From: Terriglobia bacterium
GTDB taxonomy: Bacteria; Acidobacteriota; Terriglobia; UBA7540
Assembly: GCA_050745645.1 (NCBI GenBank)
Contig: JBOGJZ010000221.1
Coordinates: forward strand, 1 to 50,200
Direction of reading: 5' to 3'
Length of the DNA stretch: 50,200 nt
Shown: in pieces, positions 9,952 through 20,291 of the stretch
How positions within the stretch are numbered: position 1 is the stretch's first letter
How the letters are laid out: the number at the start of each line of letters is the position of its first letter
Made by a program: the position numbers and the translations under genes
The notes under the pieces: generated by a model
The model's input: the letters and a program-made list of their open reading frames with translations, nothing else
What the model was told of the DNA's origin: nothing
The model's database searches: none

Positions 9952-10374
9952 CTATTCGTTCTCGATCTGCTTGGTGATCAGCCCGATCTTATTAATATCT
10001 ACCCCATGCGCGATGTCGATGATCTGCGCTACCGCTCCGAAGGGTAGGTTCGGATCGCCGTTGACGAATATCACCCGCTCGTTACGCGTCTTGAAGATGG
10101 CGTCAAGGCGGCTCCCGAGGTCCTGCAGCGTCACCGGCGTCTGATTGATTTTGATCTGTCGTGTGGCGTCAATGCTCACCACAACTGTTCGCTCGATCAC
10201 CGCTTGATTCTGCTTCTGGTTTTTATTGGGTTGTGGGATCAAAGCTCCGAGCCCATGCGGCGTCTGCGGAACAATAATCATAAAAACGATCAGCAGCACC
10301 AGCAGAACATCGATCAGCGGCGTAACATTAATGTCGCTCATCGGCCCACCCTTAGAGCCTGTGGCCATGGCCAT
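9952..10374 (-). CDS. exbD: ExbD/TolR family biopolymer transporter
   Basis: SDINVTPLIDVLLVLLIVFM motif with the conserved TM Asp; ATG 10374 follows GGAGG. Confidence 0.92.
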   Translation of the reverse strand: MAMATGSKGGPMSDINVTPLIDVLLVLLIVFMIIVPQTPHGLGALIPQPNKNQKQNQAVIERTVVVSIDATRQIKINQTPVTLQDLGSRLDAIFKTRNERVIFVNGDPNLPFGAVAQIIDIAHGVDINKIGLITKQIENE

Positions 10375-10414
10375 ACTTATACCCTCCTGATCCGGACTAA
10401 TGCCAGATCGTGGT

Positions 10415-10861
10415 TTACGGTACTGGGGGCGCCGGAACGCCCGGCCGCCGCTGAACTTTTTCAGTGATGAGTCCCAGGTTCTCCGCACCCGCGGCGCGGA
10501 TATCATCAACCAGCCCAGTCACATCACCGTACTTGGCGCGAGCATCGCTCTTAAGATATACGGTCTTGTCGAGCTTGTTCGCAATGCGGGCCGACACTTT
10601 GCCGGTCACGTCGCTCTCGGGAATCTCGCTTGAGCCGAGGTAAACCTTGCCATCCCGAGTGAGCGCCAGCACCACTGCATTCGTTTTATTTGCAGCTTTC
10701 ATCGGCTCTGCATTAACTGCTTTCGCCATATCCACGCTAACGCCCTTCTGCAGCATGGGCGTGATCACCATGAAGATGATCAGCAGCACGAGCATGACGT
10801 CAACCAGCGGCGTGACATTGATCGCCGAAGTTTCCTGGGGTGACTTGCCTTTGAGCGCCAT
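10415..10861 (-). CDS. exbD: ExbD/TolR family biopolymer transporter (second paralogue)
   Basis: INVTPLVDVMLVLLIIFMVITP, KSDARAKYG; start overlaps the exbB stop (TAATG). Confidence 0.92.
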   Translation of the reverse strand: MALKGKSPQETSAINVTPLVDVMLVLLIIFMVITPMLQKGVSVDMAKAVNAEPMKAANKTNAVVLALTRDGKVYLGSSEIPESDVTGKVSARIANKLDKTVYLKSDARAKYGDVTGLVDDIRAAGAENLGLITEKVQRRPGVPAPPVP

Positions 10862-11595
10862 TACTTCTTCCTCCGTTCGGACCTCTTAATGAAGTAATCG
10901 ATTAACTCCGAAGACGAGTTGTCCATCTCGATGTCGAAAGATTCCAGCTTGCTGGTGAAATAGTTGTAGAGCCAAACCGCTGGAATGGCAACGAGCAAGC
11001 CGATAGCCGTGGTAACCAACGCCTCTGAAATACCACCCGCCACCGCGCCGAGCCCGGTCGTGTGCTGCGCCGAAATGCCGTCAAACGCGTGGATGATGCC
11101 GAGCACCGTTCCAAACAGACCGACGAACGGCGCCGTGGAACCGACTGTCGCCAGCGCCGGGATTCCACGCTTCAGTTCCGCGTGAACGATAGCGGACGCC
11201 CTGTCCAGGGCGCGCTTGGAGGCTTCGATCTCTTCGCCGGAAAGCTCTGCCGTCGCCTGATGCGCCTGGAACTCTTGCAGACCTGCTGTCACCACCTTGG
11301 CCAAATGGCTGCGCCGGTTCTGCTCCGCGATTGCAATGCCCTCGTCCACCTTGCCTTCCTTCAGAGCGCCAGCAACCGCCGGCGCAAACAGCCGGGACTG
11401 TTTCCGGGCTGCCTGGTAAGCAATGTAACGGTCAATCGCCACCGCAATGGTCCAAGCCAACATAATGAACAGCACAATGACCACGATTCGGGCCGGCCAG
11501 CCCATCGAATGCCACATGCTCATAGGGTCAAACCCAACAGAAGTCTGGGCCTGGAATAGCACGGTCCCCAAATCCAAAAATTTTGATGCGATCAT
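10861..11595 (-). CDS. exbB: MotA/TolQ/ExbB proton channel protein
   Basis: LATVGSTAPFVGLFGTVLGII, GISEALVTTAIGLLVAIPA. Confidence 0.93.
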   Translation of the reverse strand: MIASKFLDLGTVLFQAQTSVGFDPMSMWHSMGWPARIVVIVLFIMLAWTIAVAIDRYIAYQAARKQSRLFAPAVAGALKEGKVDEGIAIAEQNRRSHLAKVVTAGLQEFQAHQATAELSGEEIEASKRALDRASAIVHAELKRGIPALATVGSTAPFVGLFGTVLGIIHAFDGISAQHTTGLGAVAGGISEALVTTAIGLLVAIPAVWLYNYFTSKLESFDIEMDNSSSELIDYFIKRSERRKK

Positions 11596-11637
11596 GGTTT
11601 TTCTTTCCTCCCTAATAGGTTCTTAAAAGTGATTGAC

Positions 11638-12642
<1,005 letters not shown>

Positions 12643-12702
12643 GAATGATGCCTCCCCTAATAAACATCACGCCGTCCCAGGTCCGGCGCCTAAGGATTGC
12701 GC

Positions 12703-13974
12703 TCAGCGGCGCGCCACCACCGGCTCATGCCGGCGCGATTTTGGCTGCAATGGCTTCCGGGCCGCTGGAGCCTTGGCGCCGCCCCCGCCACCGCCGCCTA
12801 AAGCCGCTGATCGAGACCGGTCCTCCCACAGGAGCACCAAAGGGCTGGCTATGGCGAACGACGAGTACGTGCCAATGATCACACCAAGCACCAGGACCAG
12901 TGAAAAACCATGAATCACTTCGCCGCCAAACAGGAACAGGGACAACACAGCGATAAATGTGAGTCCCGAGGTCAAAATCGTCCGGCTCAATACCTGGTTG
13001 ATGCTGCGGTTCACCAAGTCCCGAAAGCTTTCGCGCTTATTCAGGCGCATGTTCTCCCGGATGCGGTCAAAAGTCACGATAGTATCATTCATCGAGTAGC
13101 CAATCAAAGTCAGAAACGCGGCGATAACCGTCAACGAAATCTCACGGTTCAATAAAGAGAACAAACCGAGCGTAATCACCACGTCGTGAAACGTCGCGAT
13201 GATCGCTGCGACTCCGAATACCAACTCAAACCGGTACCAGACGTAAACCAGCATCGCTGCGAGACCGGCTAGTACAACATAAAGCGCTTGCCGGCGCAAC
13301 GTAGCTCCTACCTTAGGCCCGACAATTTCTGTATTGAACACGGAGAACTGGGACAGATAGAAGCCCTTTTGCAAATCTGAAATTACCGCGCCATTCACGC
13401 CCGGCACCGCAGAGAGATCATTAAAATTCGCGATCAAACCCTCGCGCGGCGGCGCATTGCGGTAAGAGACCATCGCCTGCGCCATTTTTTGATAACCGGC
13501 CTGCGCCACATCATTGCCCTTGCCTGCAAGCTGCAACGGATCATCGGCAACCAGGCGGGCGGCGATCGTCTGCGCCCCCGCATTATTGAAGTCCGCCTTG
13601 CCGGTCGACTGGCCGCCGTAAAGACGGGTTAAAGCCTGGACAATGGCTTGCTTCCCTGCATCGAGCGCGTTCGTGCTCTCCGTCGTGCGCAGGTCTAACC
13701 CAATAATGATTTCATGCTTCGAGGGCGCATCGTAGCTCTGAAGCGTGGCTTTTGCAAGGTGCTCTTGGCTCAACTCGCCCCGGATCGTATCCAGATTAGG
13801 CGAATGTGCGAACTTGACATAGACCAGCGTGCCGCCACGGAAATCGATGCCGTAGTTCAGCCCGCGGCGCGCGATAATGGTGCCAATTCCTACAACCAAC
13901 AGGATCACCGACGCGGTGACGAAATACTTGGTCTTTCCCATCCAGTCAACTTGAGGATTGTGAAAGAACTCCAT
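12703..13974 (-). CDS. secF: Protein translocase subunit SecF
   Basis: GLNYGIDFRGGT, VGPKVG, HDVVI, IGYSMNDTIVTFDRIRE, GTYSS. Confidence 0.96.
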   Translation of the reverse strand: MEFFHNPQVDWMGKTKYFVTASVILLVVGIGTIIARRGLNYGIDFRGGTLVYVKFAHSPNLDTIRGELSQEHLAKATLQSYDAPSKHEIIIGLDLRTTESTNALDAGKQAIVQALTRLYGGQSTGKADFNNAGAQTIAARLVADDPLQLAGKGNDVAQAGYQKMAQAMVSYRNAPPREGLIANFNDLSAVPGVNGAVISDLQKGFYLSQFSVFNTEIVGPKVGATLRRQALYVVLAGLAAMLVYVWYRFELVFGVAAIIATFHDVVITLGLFSLLNREISLTVIAAFLTLIGYSMNDTIVTFDRIRENMRLNKRESFRDLVNRSINQVLSRTILTSGLTFIAVLSLFLFGGEVIHGFSLVLVLGVIIGTYSSFAIASPLVLLWEDRSRSAALGGGGGGGAKAPAARKPLQPKSRRHEPVVARR

Positions 13975-14044
13975 TCGTTACCTGCCTTCTCTCTCCATAA
14001 GTAGACACCAGCGCCAGGCTGAAAAGTTCCACGAAATTATTGCG

Positions 14045-15637
14045 CTACACACTGAGCGCCTCTCCCGCCGTCCGCCCGGAGAGTTCGTGGTCAAAGATGA
14101 CCCGTGAAACGAAGACGGAGGTAAACAGATTTGCCAGCAGTCCGATGGTGAGCGTTACAGCAAAGCCGCGCACAGGCCCCGTGCCAAAGGCGAACAGGAT
14201 CGCCGCGGACACCAGCGTAGTAACGTGAGTGTCAATAATCGTTTTGAATGCATGCTCGAATCCGCCCGCCACCGCTGCCGGAGCCGATTTGCCTGCCCGC
14301 AATTCTTCGCGGATGCGTTCAAAGATCAGCACGTTCGAGTCAACGCCAATACCCACGGTCAGAATGACGCCCGCGATGCCCGGAAGCGTTAGCACGCCGC
14401 CGAAATAGGCTAAAGCGGCGATCAGAATGACGAGGTTCAGAATCAGCGCGACGTCGGCATTGACTCCTGCACGCTTGTAATAGATAAGCATGAACGCCAG
14501 AATGGCAACGAATCCGATAATGCAGGCTGCAACGCCGTGACGAATCGAGTCCGCCCCCAACGACGGCCCCACCGTCTGCTCCTGAAGATAACTGATCGAA
14601 GCCGGCAGCGCCCCCGAGCGCAACTTGAGGGCAAGGTCAGACGCCTGCTGCGTCGTGAAGTTCCCGGTAATTTCACCGCGGTCGCTGATCTGGCCCTGAA
14701 TTACCGGAGCGCTCTGGACGGTGTTATCGAGCACAATGGCCAGTTGCTTGCCAATGTTACGCTGAGTGATCTCTGCAAACCGCGCCGCCCCGGAGCGCGT
14801 GAGCGTGAAATCGATGTCCGGCCTCCCGTTCGAGTCCTGAGAGGGGTCTGCTCCGCTCAAGTCGTGGCCGGTGATGGCCGCAATCCGATCCACCAGGTAC
14901 CAGACAGGCGTCCCCGAGTCAGTAGTCCCAGGCATCAATTGCGTGTCAGGCGGCAGCACCCCGCCAAACGAAGTAAGAGCCTCGTCACGACTATTGTAGG
15001 GTCCGCCACGAACGATTTTGAGTTCGAGCATGGCGGTGGACTGGATGATGTTTTTTACCCGCGTCGGATCACTTACGCCGGGGAGCTCTACAACCAGCTC
15101 GTAGCTGCCCTGCCCGCCGTACTGGGCAATTTCCGGTTCTGTAATTCCCAGAGCGTCAACCCGGCGGCGAATGGTGGCCATGGCTTCCGTGTAGGCGTCG
15201 TTCTTAACGGTCGATTCGGCGGTGGTCTTCATCACCATCATGTGCGATGAAGGATCTCCCGCCACACTCTGCACATACCACTCTGGAAACTGTTCCTGGG
15301 CGAGCGTCTGAACGCCATTCCAACCGTTCTGCGCGACTCCCTTGATGAGGATGTGGGTCGCATCCGTCTTGCGAACCTCTGCGTAGGCGATGTTGCGCGT
15401 GCGCAGATCGTCTCGTATCCGGCCTAGCGCCTGATCCGAGGTAGTATTAACGGCATCCTCGACGTGCACTTGCAAGACGAGATACGTGCCGCCTTTCAGG
15501 TCCAGTCCTAAGCGAATCCGCTCTGCGATGTTCCCCTTCAGAGCCTGAAAAGTGGAAGGCAGCCCGATGATCCCGAAGACGCAGATCAGCAAGCAGATAA
15601 TAATTAGGATGCTCCGGTTCCGGATACTGTGTCCCAT
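14045..15637 (-). CDS. secD: Protein translocase subunit SecD
   Basis: LGLDLKGG, LRSGALPA, VGPSLGADSI, LTLPGIAG, DSNVLIFERIREE, GPVRGFAVTL. Confidence 0.97.
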   Translation of the reverse strand: MGHSIRNRSILIIICLLICVFGIIGLPSTFQALKGNIAERIRLGLDLKGGTYLVLQVHVEDAVNTTSDQALGRIRDDLRTRNIAYAEVRKTDATHILIKGVAQNGWNGVQTLAQEQFPEWYVQSVAGDPSSHMMVMKTTAESTVKNDAYTEAMATIRRRVDALGITEPEIAQYGGQGSYELVVELPGVSDPTRVKNIIQSTAMLELKIVRGGPYNSRDEALTSFGGVLPPDTQLMPGTTDSGTPVWYLVDRIAAITGHDLSGADPSQDSNGRPDIDFTLTRSGAARFAEITQRNIGKQLAIVLDNTVQSAPVIQGQISDRGEITGNFTTQQASDLALKLRSGALPASISYLQEQTVGPSLGADSIRHGVAACIIGFVAILAFMLIYYKRAGVNADVALILNLVILIAALAYFGGVLTLPGIAGVILTVGIGVDSNVLIFERIREELRAGKSAPAAVAGGFEHAFKTIIDTHVTTLVSAAILFAFGTGPVRGFAVTLTIGLLANLFTSVFVSRVIFDHELSGRTAGEALSV

Positions 15638-15673
15638 AACCTACCGAGCGTTGATTCCTTGGATGACGCTGAT

Positions 15674-16054
15674 CTACTTCCGCTCTTTACCCCCGCCGGA
15701 AGCCTCCTGTGCAGCGACCGTTTCCGACCCTTTTTTGGCGGCGCCAATCTCATCCTGCTGCAAACTGGCGATTGCCGACCGCAAGACCTCTATCTTCACC
15801 TGACTGGTCACCTGAAGCTGGACAGTGTTGCTTCCGAACCCTACAATCGTGCCGAGTACGCCTCCGTTAGTAACCACCCGGTCTCCGGTTTTGAGGCTTG
15901 CCAGCATCTCCTGCGACTTGTGGCGCTGGCGGCTCTGAGGGCGGATCAACAGGAAGTAAAAAATAAGGATGAGGACAGCGAAGGGAAGTAAAAGACCGAC
16001 TGGATTGTCCGATCCTGTAGACGGCGCGGCAAGCCACGCCGCTTGAACCAACAT
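15674..16054 (-). CDS. yajC: Preprotein translocase subunit YajC
   Basis: FYFLLIRPQ, LKTGDRVVTNGGVLG; lies between tgt and secD. Start approximate. Confidence 0.93.
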   Translation of the reverse strand: MLVQAAWLAAPSTGSDNPVGLLLPFAVLILIFYFLLIRPQSRQRHKSQEMLASLKTGDRVVTNGGVLGTIVGFGSNTVQLQVTSQVKIEVLRSAIASLQQDEIGAAKKGSETVAAQEASGGGKERK

Positions 16055-16171
16055 ACACTTTAGCACCTAGTGAACCCTACTCAAAGTGATTGAGAAGCAT
16101 TCGTCCTCTCCCGGAGGACGAAGGTTGCAGCAGCTTAACTATCTCGATATTTCACTGGAGGTGAATCGGCG

Positions 16172-17305
16172 TTAAGGACCTGCCCGCACCCTTGAGAGGA
16201 AACCTGCTAAATTCCCTGCGCGGATAGCCTGCCTGATTTTGCGCATGATGTCAAGGTAAAAATAAACGTTATGATAGGTGGCGAGAGTTGCGGCCAGTAT
16301 CTCCCCCGTGACGAACAGGTGGCGGATGTAAGCACGCGAATAGCGGCGGCATACCGCGCAGCCACAGCCGGGATCGAGCGGTCCGTTGTCGCGAGCATAC
16401 CGCGCGCCCTTAATGACCAGCCGTCCTTCCGAAGTGAAGACGCAGGCGTTGCGGGCGTTGCGAGTCGGCATCACGCAATCGAATTGATCCACGCCCCGCG
16501 CGACGCATTCAACCAGGTCGCGCGGGGTGCCTACTCCCATCAGATAGCGCGGCTGGTCATCGGGGAGCAGCGCTGCCGTAAATTCCACCACATCGTAAGT
16601 GGCTGATTTCGGCTCGCCCACAGATAACCCACCGAGCGCGTATCCTGCAAAGCCGATTTCCTGCATCTCTTCGGCGCTTTCGCGGCGCAAGGCTTCATCC
16701 ACTCCACCCTGTACGATGCTATAAATCGCGCCGGTAGAAGTCTTGGGATTCCTCTCTATAATCTCAGTGTAATATGACTTCGCCCGTCTTGCCCACCGCC
16801 CTGTCAACCGGGCAGCGCGCCGCGTGGCTTCTTCGCTCGATGGATAGGCGACGCACTCGTCGAGAATCATTAATATGTCGGAACCCAGTGAAAGTTGGAT
16901 TTCGACTACCCGCTCAGGAGAGAAAAAATGAGACGAGCCATCCAGATGCGACCGGAATTCAACGCCATTTTCAGTGATGCGGCCAAGCTCTTTCAGGCTC
17001 ATGACCTGAAACCCGCCGCTGTCTGTCAGGATTGGGTGCGGCCAGCTCATGAAGCTGTGCAAACCTCCAGCCTCACGGATGATTTCGTGGCCCGGCCGCA
17101 GGTAAAGATGGTAGGTGTTACCGAGAATAATCTCCGCGCCGAGTTCTTCGAGATGATCCTGGGTCAGCGCCTTCACTGTGCCGCCGGTGCCAACGGGCAT
17201 GAAACAAGGGGTTTCCACAATCCCGTGCGGCGTGTGCAGGCGGCCGAGACGCGCCCGCGTGCCGGCATCGTGCGCCAGAATCTCAAATTTGAAATTCACA
17301 GGCAT
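16172..17305 (-). CDS. tgt: tRNA guanosine(34) transglycosylase
   Basis: TPCFMPVGT, NTYHLYLRPG, TDSGGFQV, GGLSVGE, FDCVMPTRNARN, Zn ligands CGCAVC; the longer ORF start runs into a repeat element. Confidence 0.96.
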   Translation of the reverse strand: MPVNFKFEILAHDAGTRARLGRLHTPHGIVETPCFMPVGTGGTVKALTQDHLEELGAEIILGNTYHLYLRPGHEIIREAGGLHSFMSWPHPILTDSGGFQVMSLKELGRITENGVEFRSHLDGSSHFFSPERVVEIQLSLGSDILMILDECVAYPSSEEATRRAARLTGRWARRAKSYYTEIIERNPKTSTGAIYSIVQGGVDEALRRESAEEMQEIGFAGYALGGLSVGEPKSATYDVVEFTAALLPDDQPRYLMGVGTPRDLVECVARGVDQFDCVMPTRNARNACVFTSEGRLVIKGARYARDNGPLDPGCGCAVCRRYSRAYIRHLFVTGEILAATLATYHNVYFYLDIMRKIRQAIRAGNLAGFLSRVRAGP

Positions 17306-17372
17306 CCAGGATTCACATCGTGCGACGGGGCCGGCGTATCCCAGGAAAATATCGGGACATATCATCCCTTGG

Positions 17373-17610
17373 GTCATGCTGGGCCCTTCGCCTGTCAATC
17401 TGAGTCGATTCGCTCTTCTTCGAATCGCTCTGAGCCCGCTCGCTCCGCTTCGAACGGTCCTGAGCGTAGCGAAGGAGCTCAGGGCAAGCTCCGCGAAGAG
17501 GCTCACGGTAAACCCCGCGAAGAATCCCTGCGGGTTCAGGGAAGGCTCCGCGAAGCATCTGGAGTTGCCGGCTGATTACAGGACAGATTCTTCGCTGCGG
17601 TCAGGATGAT
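17373..17610. repeat. Multiply nested GTCAT..GAGC palindromic element
   Basis: Outer GTCATGCTGGGC ... AGATTCTTCGCTGCGGTCAGGATGAT, with three tandem closing modules G(C/T)TCA(G/C)GG..A..C(T/C)C-CGCGAAG. Confidence 0.8.
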
Positions 17611-17659
17611 GTTTCGCAGAAGGCCGGAAGCATTCGCGGCATTCCCGCTAGAGGCGCTA

Positions 17660-18415
17660 TTATAACGCGGCGAGGCCTACCTTCACCGCCACCCAAGCCG
17701 CCCACAGCACAAGCAGACAAAGAAAAATACCGCGCGGCCGCGCCCGGCCCTTGGTCGTAGAGGCAAGCCCGATGCTGAACAAGCCCAAAAACCACAAGGT
17801 AGAAAAATCGGCTGAAGCCGCCAGCACGTAAACCGGCCTCGAAAGCGAAAGCGGCGAAAGGTAAAACCCGATGTTTGCGGGATTGACGTTCCCGGGATTT
17901 AGGCGGGCCGGGTCGCCCATCACTAAGACCACCAAGCTCAGCAAGCCGGCAAGAGCTGCCGGCAGATCGGCATATGCGGCTACCGAAAATGCTGTCTTAA
18001 ATCCGACCCTTGATCCGCATCCAGCCTTCAAAATCGCGGCGCCAATGACGGTCATGATCAAGAGCGAAAAAAACACACCCAGCGGCGCTCGAAAGTGCAC
18101 GGCCACCGCCCCCATTCTCACGCCCTGTGAGATTGCCTGCTGCATCTGCTGTGGCGTCATCCGGCTGGCCCGCCCGCTCAACTGAAGGTTGCGCCTCACG
18201 ATCTCTGCGAGGCCAATCCTGCGCAACATGACCTCGGTGACCGCCACCGCGACCCCGATCAAAAGCAGCAATGGAGCTCCGAAGTCCGGCTGGCGCGCTA
18301 GGGACGCGAAGGTGGCGACTGGGTCAAAGATAACGCCCCATAAGCGCCGCCAGCTCAAGCCGGAACGACCCGATCGCTTTGCCCCTTGCACCGGATTGGA
18401 AAGGTCAGCTCCCAC
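17660..18415 (-). CDS. YIP1-family membrane protein
   Basis: RLWGVIFDPVATFASLARQP..PLLL, about 5 TM segments, FSVAAYA; typical bacterial Yip1 layout. Start uncertain (GTG). Confidence 0.75.
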   Translation of the reverse strand: MGADLSNPVQGAKRSGRSGLSWRRLWGVIFDPVATFASLARQPDFGAPLLLLIGVAVAVTEVMLRRIGLAEIVRRNLQLSGRASRMTPQQMQQAISQGVRMGAVAVHFRAPLGVFFSLLIMTVIGAAILKAGCGSRVGFKTAFSVAAYADLPAALAGLLSLVVLVMGDPARLNPGNVNPANIGFYLSPLSLSRPVYVLAASADFSTLWFLGLFSIGLASTTKGRARPRGIFLCLLVLWAAWVAVKVGLAAL

Positions 18416-18522
18416 AACTATCTCTTAGGTGACGCCGCCCAGCGGCTTTCTGCCAGTCGAGAACGACGGACAAATTTTCAGCTTACGGGTATGGCCTGCC
18501 GGTTGACAATGCCTCGAATTAA

Positions 18523-18908
18523 GTCATCTATTATGTAACCGCTAAGGACCTGTTGAGCCATTTAAAAATGTAACCCGTCGCGCCGTTTTTGGTGTAACCC
18601 GAATTGAGAGTTTTCAAGGAGGGTTGCCGTGAGCCGAAGGTCCCGACGGGAATATCTCAAGGCGGTTTACCCGTGTTGTCGGCAGGCGGACCACCGGGAG
18701 AAGCAAGATGTCTTGAATGAATTTTACCGCAACACGGGCTATCACCGGAAGTACGCGATCCGGCTGCCGAACGGTCTTCCGCCCGAGCCGTTGGGCTTGG
18801 TCTCGCATTCGGGTAATTCGGCCGGTGGAGAGTTCGCTTATTCGCTCAATGTGACTGACCGGCACACCGCCTGGACCGAAACGCGAGCCCTTCTCGGCAA
18901 GGGCCGCG
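18523..18908 (+). mobile_element. Decayed IS remnant: left end with repeated motifs plus an internally deleted DDE/rve transposase fragment
   Basis: Three copies of GYCRTYT..TGTAACC (18523, 18557, 18582), RBS AAGGAGG, then the transposase-like ORF from GTG 18629. Confidence 0.7.
18629..18908 (+). pseudogene. Integrase-core (rve-type) transposase pseudogene
   Basis: N-terminus SRREYLKAVY...EKQDVLNEF..NTGYHRKYAIRL is fused directly to the core fragment LVSHSGNSAGGEFAYSLNVTD.HTAWTETRALLGKG; the rest is missing. Confidence 0.75.
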
Positions 18909-20210
18909 GGGCGATTGCGCCAGCTTGCGCTCCAGCCGCGCTTTGCGGTGGACGAAAAGTTTTAAGTAACGCCCGCGAAGTTGAGCGCCGGCCTCCGCCT
19001 CGAGCAATTGAAGCGCTGCTTCAGCGCATTCCAGCGCGGCCTGGATATCCCGCAGGCGGCGCTCAAAATGAATGGCCATCTCGCGGCAAGCATCCAGTGC
19101 GTAGGCGCCCGGGCGCCGGCTAAGATCACGCCAGATTTCGACCGCGGCAGCGAATTCCTTTCTCCGCTTATACTGAGCCGCCAGGCGCCACATGGCTTCC
19201 GGCTCGATGATCTCGGGCAAACCCGCTGCGAGCGACTTGCGGCAGAGAGCGAGGGAAACCTCCGTAACCCCAACTTGCTCAAAAATTCGGCTCAGGCTGA
19301 AGAGATCCAGCGCAGACTGAGCGGCTGGTCCGGATTCTGAGATCTCCTCCTGCGCGGCGCGCAGTGAGCGCGCCATTTCAACCGCCAGCGCCGCCATGCT
19401 GATCACGTCAAGCGCATTATGAAAAAAGACGGGCTGCAATCCGCGTGCATTCCCGGAGCGAAGATAGTCAAAATAGATCGCTGGAATCTCTGAGCCAGGC
19501 ACGTCTCCATCGCGCTCAATTCCAAGCACGCCCCGCTCCAGATTGGTGAGACGGCAGCTTTCGAGCCGCCGCTTCCAAAGGCGTCTAGCCGGATGCAACA
19601 AATCCAAGTGAAGAAGACGCCCGAACGGCGCGCGCAGGCGGGCAAGCGCGTATCGCGCCTCAAGCAGCGGCACATCGAACGTCTTACCATTGAACGTGAC
19701 AAGAGCCTCATGGTCCTCGAGCGCTTCGGCTAGCGCTGCGAGCATCGCCTTTTCTTCCGCATACTCGCGAAGGAAGAACTGCCGCACTACAAATTGCATC
19801 CCTTCCACAGTGCCGATCCCAACCAGGAACGCGCAGGCGCCGGCGTCTTCTGCAAGACCGGTAGTTTCTGTGTCCAGATAAATCACGCGGGAAGCATCGG
19901 GCAGAGATAGTCCCTTCAGGAAAAGATTGAGCGCACCCAAGTCTGCGGCGGCCATGTCACTGATGCGAACCGTGCCGTAGGGACGACCGAAAGGCAGCGA
20001 CTGTTCTGCGATAAAGAACTCCCCGAAAGGATGGTGCTGAATGCGACCCTTTATATATTCTTCGATCCCACGCGGCGCCCGCCCGGCAGGAAGCTTTTTC
20101 GCGGGCTGCTCCAATCGCCTTAAATCCTCGAGTTGATCCTCGAGACCTCGGTCGCGCTTAGTTTTTTGTGCGGCGCGCTTCAGTTGTTCAAGTTTTTCTT
20201 CAAGGTTCAT
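18846..20210 (-). CDS. RNase H-like DEDDh 3'-5' exonuclease with TPR-like C-terminus (YprB/MrfB family)
   Basis: ExoI YLDTETTGL, ExoII VTFNGKTFDVPLL, HLDLLHPARRLW, ExoIII HNALDV; helical repeat tail. Confidence 0.85.
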   Translation of the reverse strand: MNLEEKLEQLKRAAQKTKRDRGLEDQLEDLRRLEQPAKKLPAGRAPRGIEEYIKGRIQHHPFGEFFIAEQSLPFGRPYGTVRISDMAAADLGALNLFLKGLSLPDASRVIYLDTETTGLAEDAGACAFLVGIGTVEGMQFVVRQFFLREYAEEKAMLAALAEALEDHEALVTFNGKTFDVPLLEARYALARLRAPFGRLLHLDLLHPARRLWKRRLESCRLTNLERGVLGIERDGDVPGSEIPAIYFDYLRSGNARGLQPVFFHNALDVISMAALAVEMARSLRAAQEEISESGPAAQSALDLFSLSRIFEQVGVTEVSLALCRKSLAAGLPEIIEPEAMWRLAAQYKRRKEFAAAVEIWRDLSRRPGAYALDACREMAIHFERRLRDIQAALECAEAALQLLEAEAGAQLRGRYLKLFVHRKARLERKLAQSPRGPCREGLAFRSRRCAGQSH

Positions 20211-20291
20211 ATTCAGCCGGCGGCGTAAGAACAAGAAGCTCCTTGCAGGCGGGCGCTCCGGCCCGGCGGCTCGCCATCGTTTTCCTTGAAC

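Noticed and set aside
17306..17506. 67-aa N-terminal extension of Tgt
   Set aside because: It is mostly translation of the nested palindromic element; homology begins at MPVNFKFEI.
18909..19123. C-terminal half of the 164-aa ORF as part of the transposase
   Set aside because: Beyond ...ALLGKG it is antisense read-through of the exonuclease gene.
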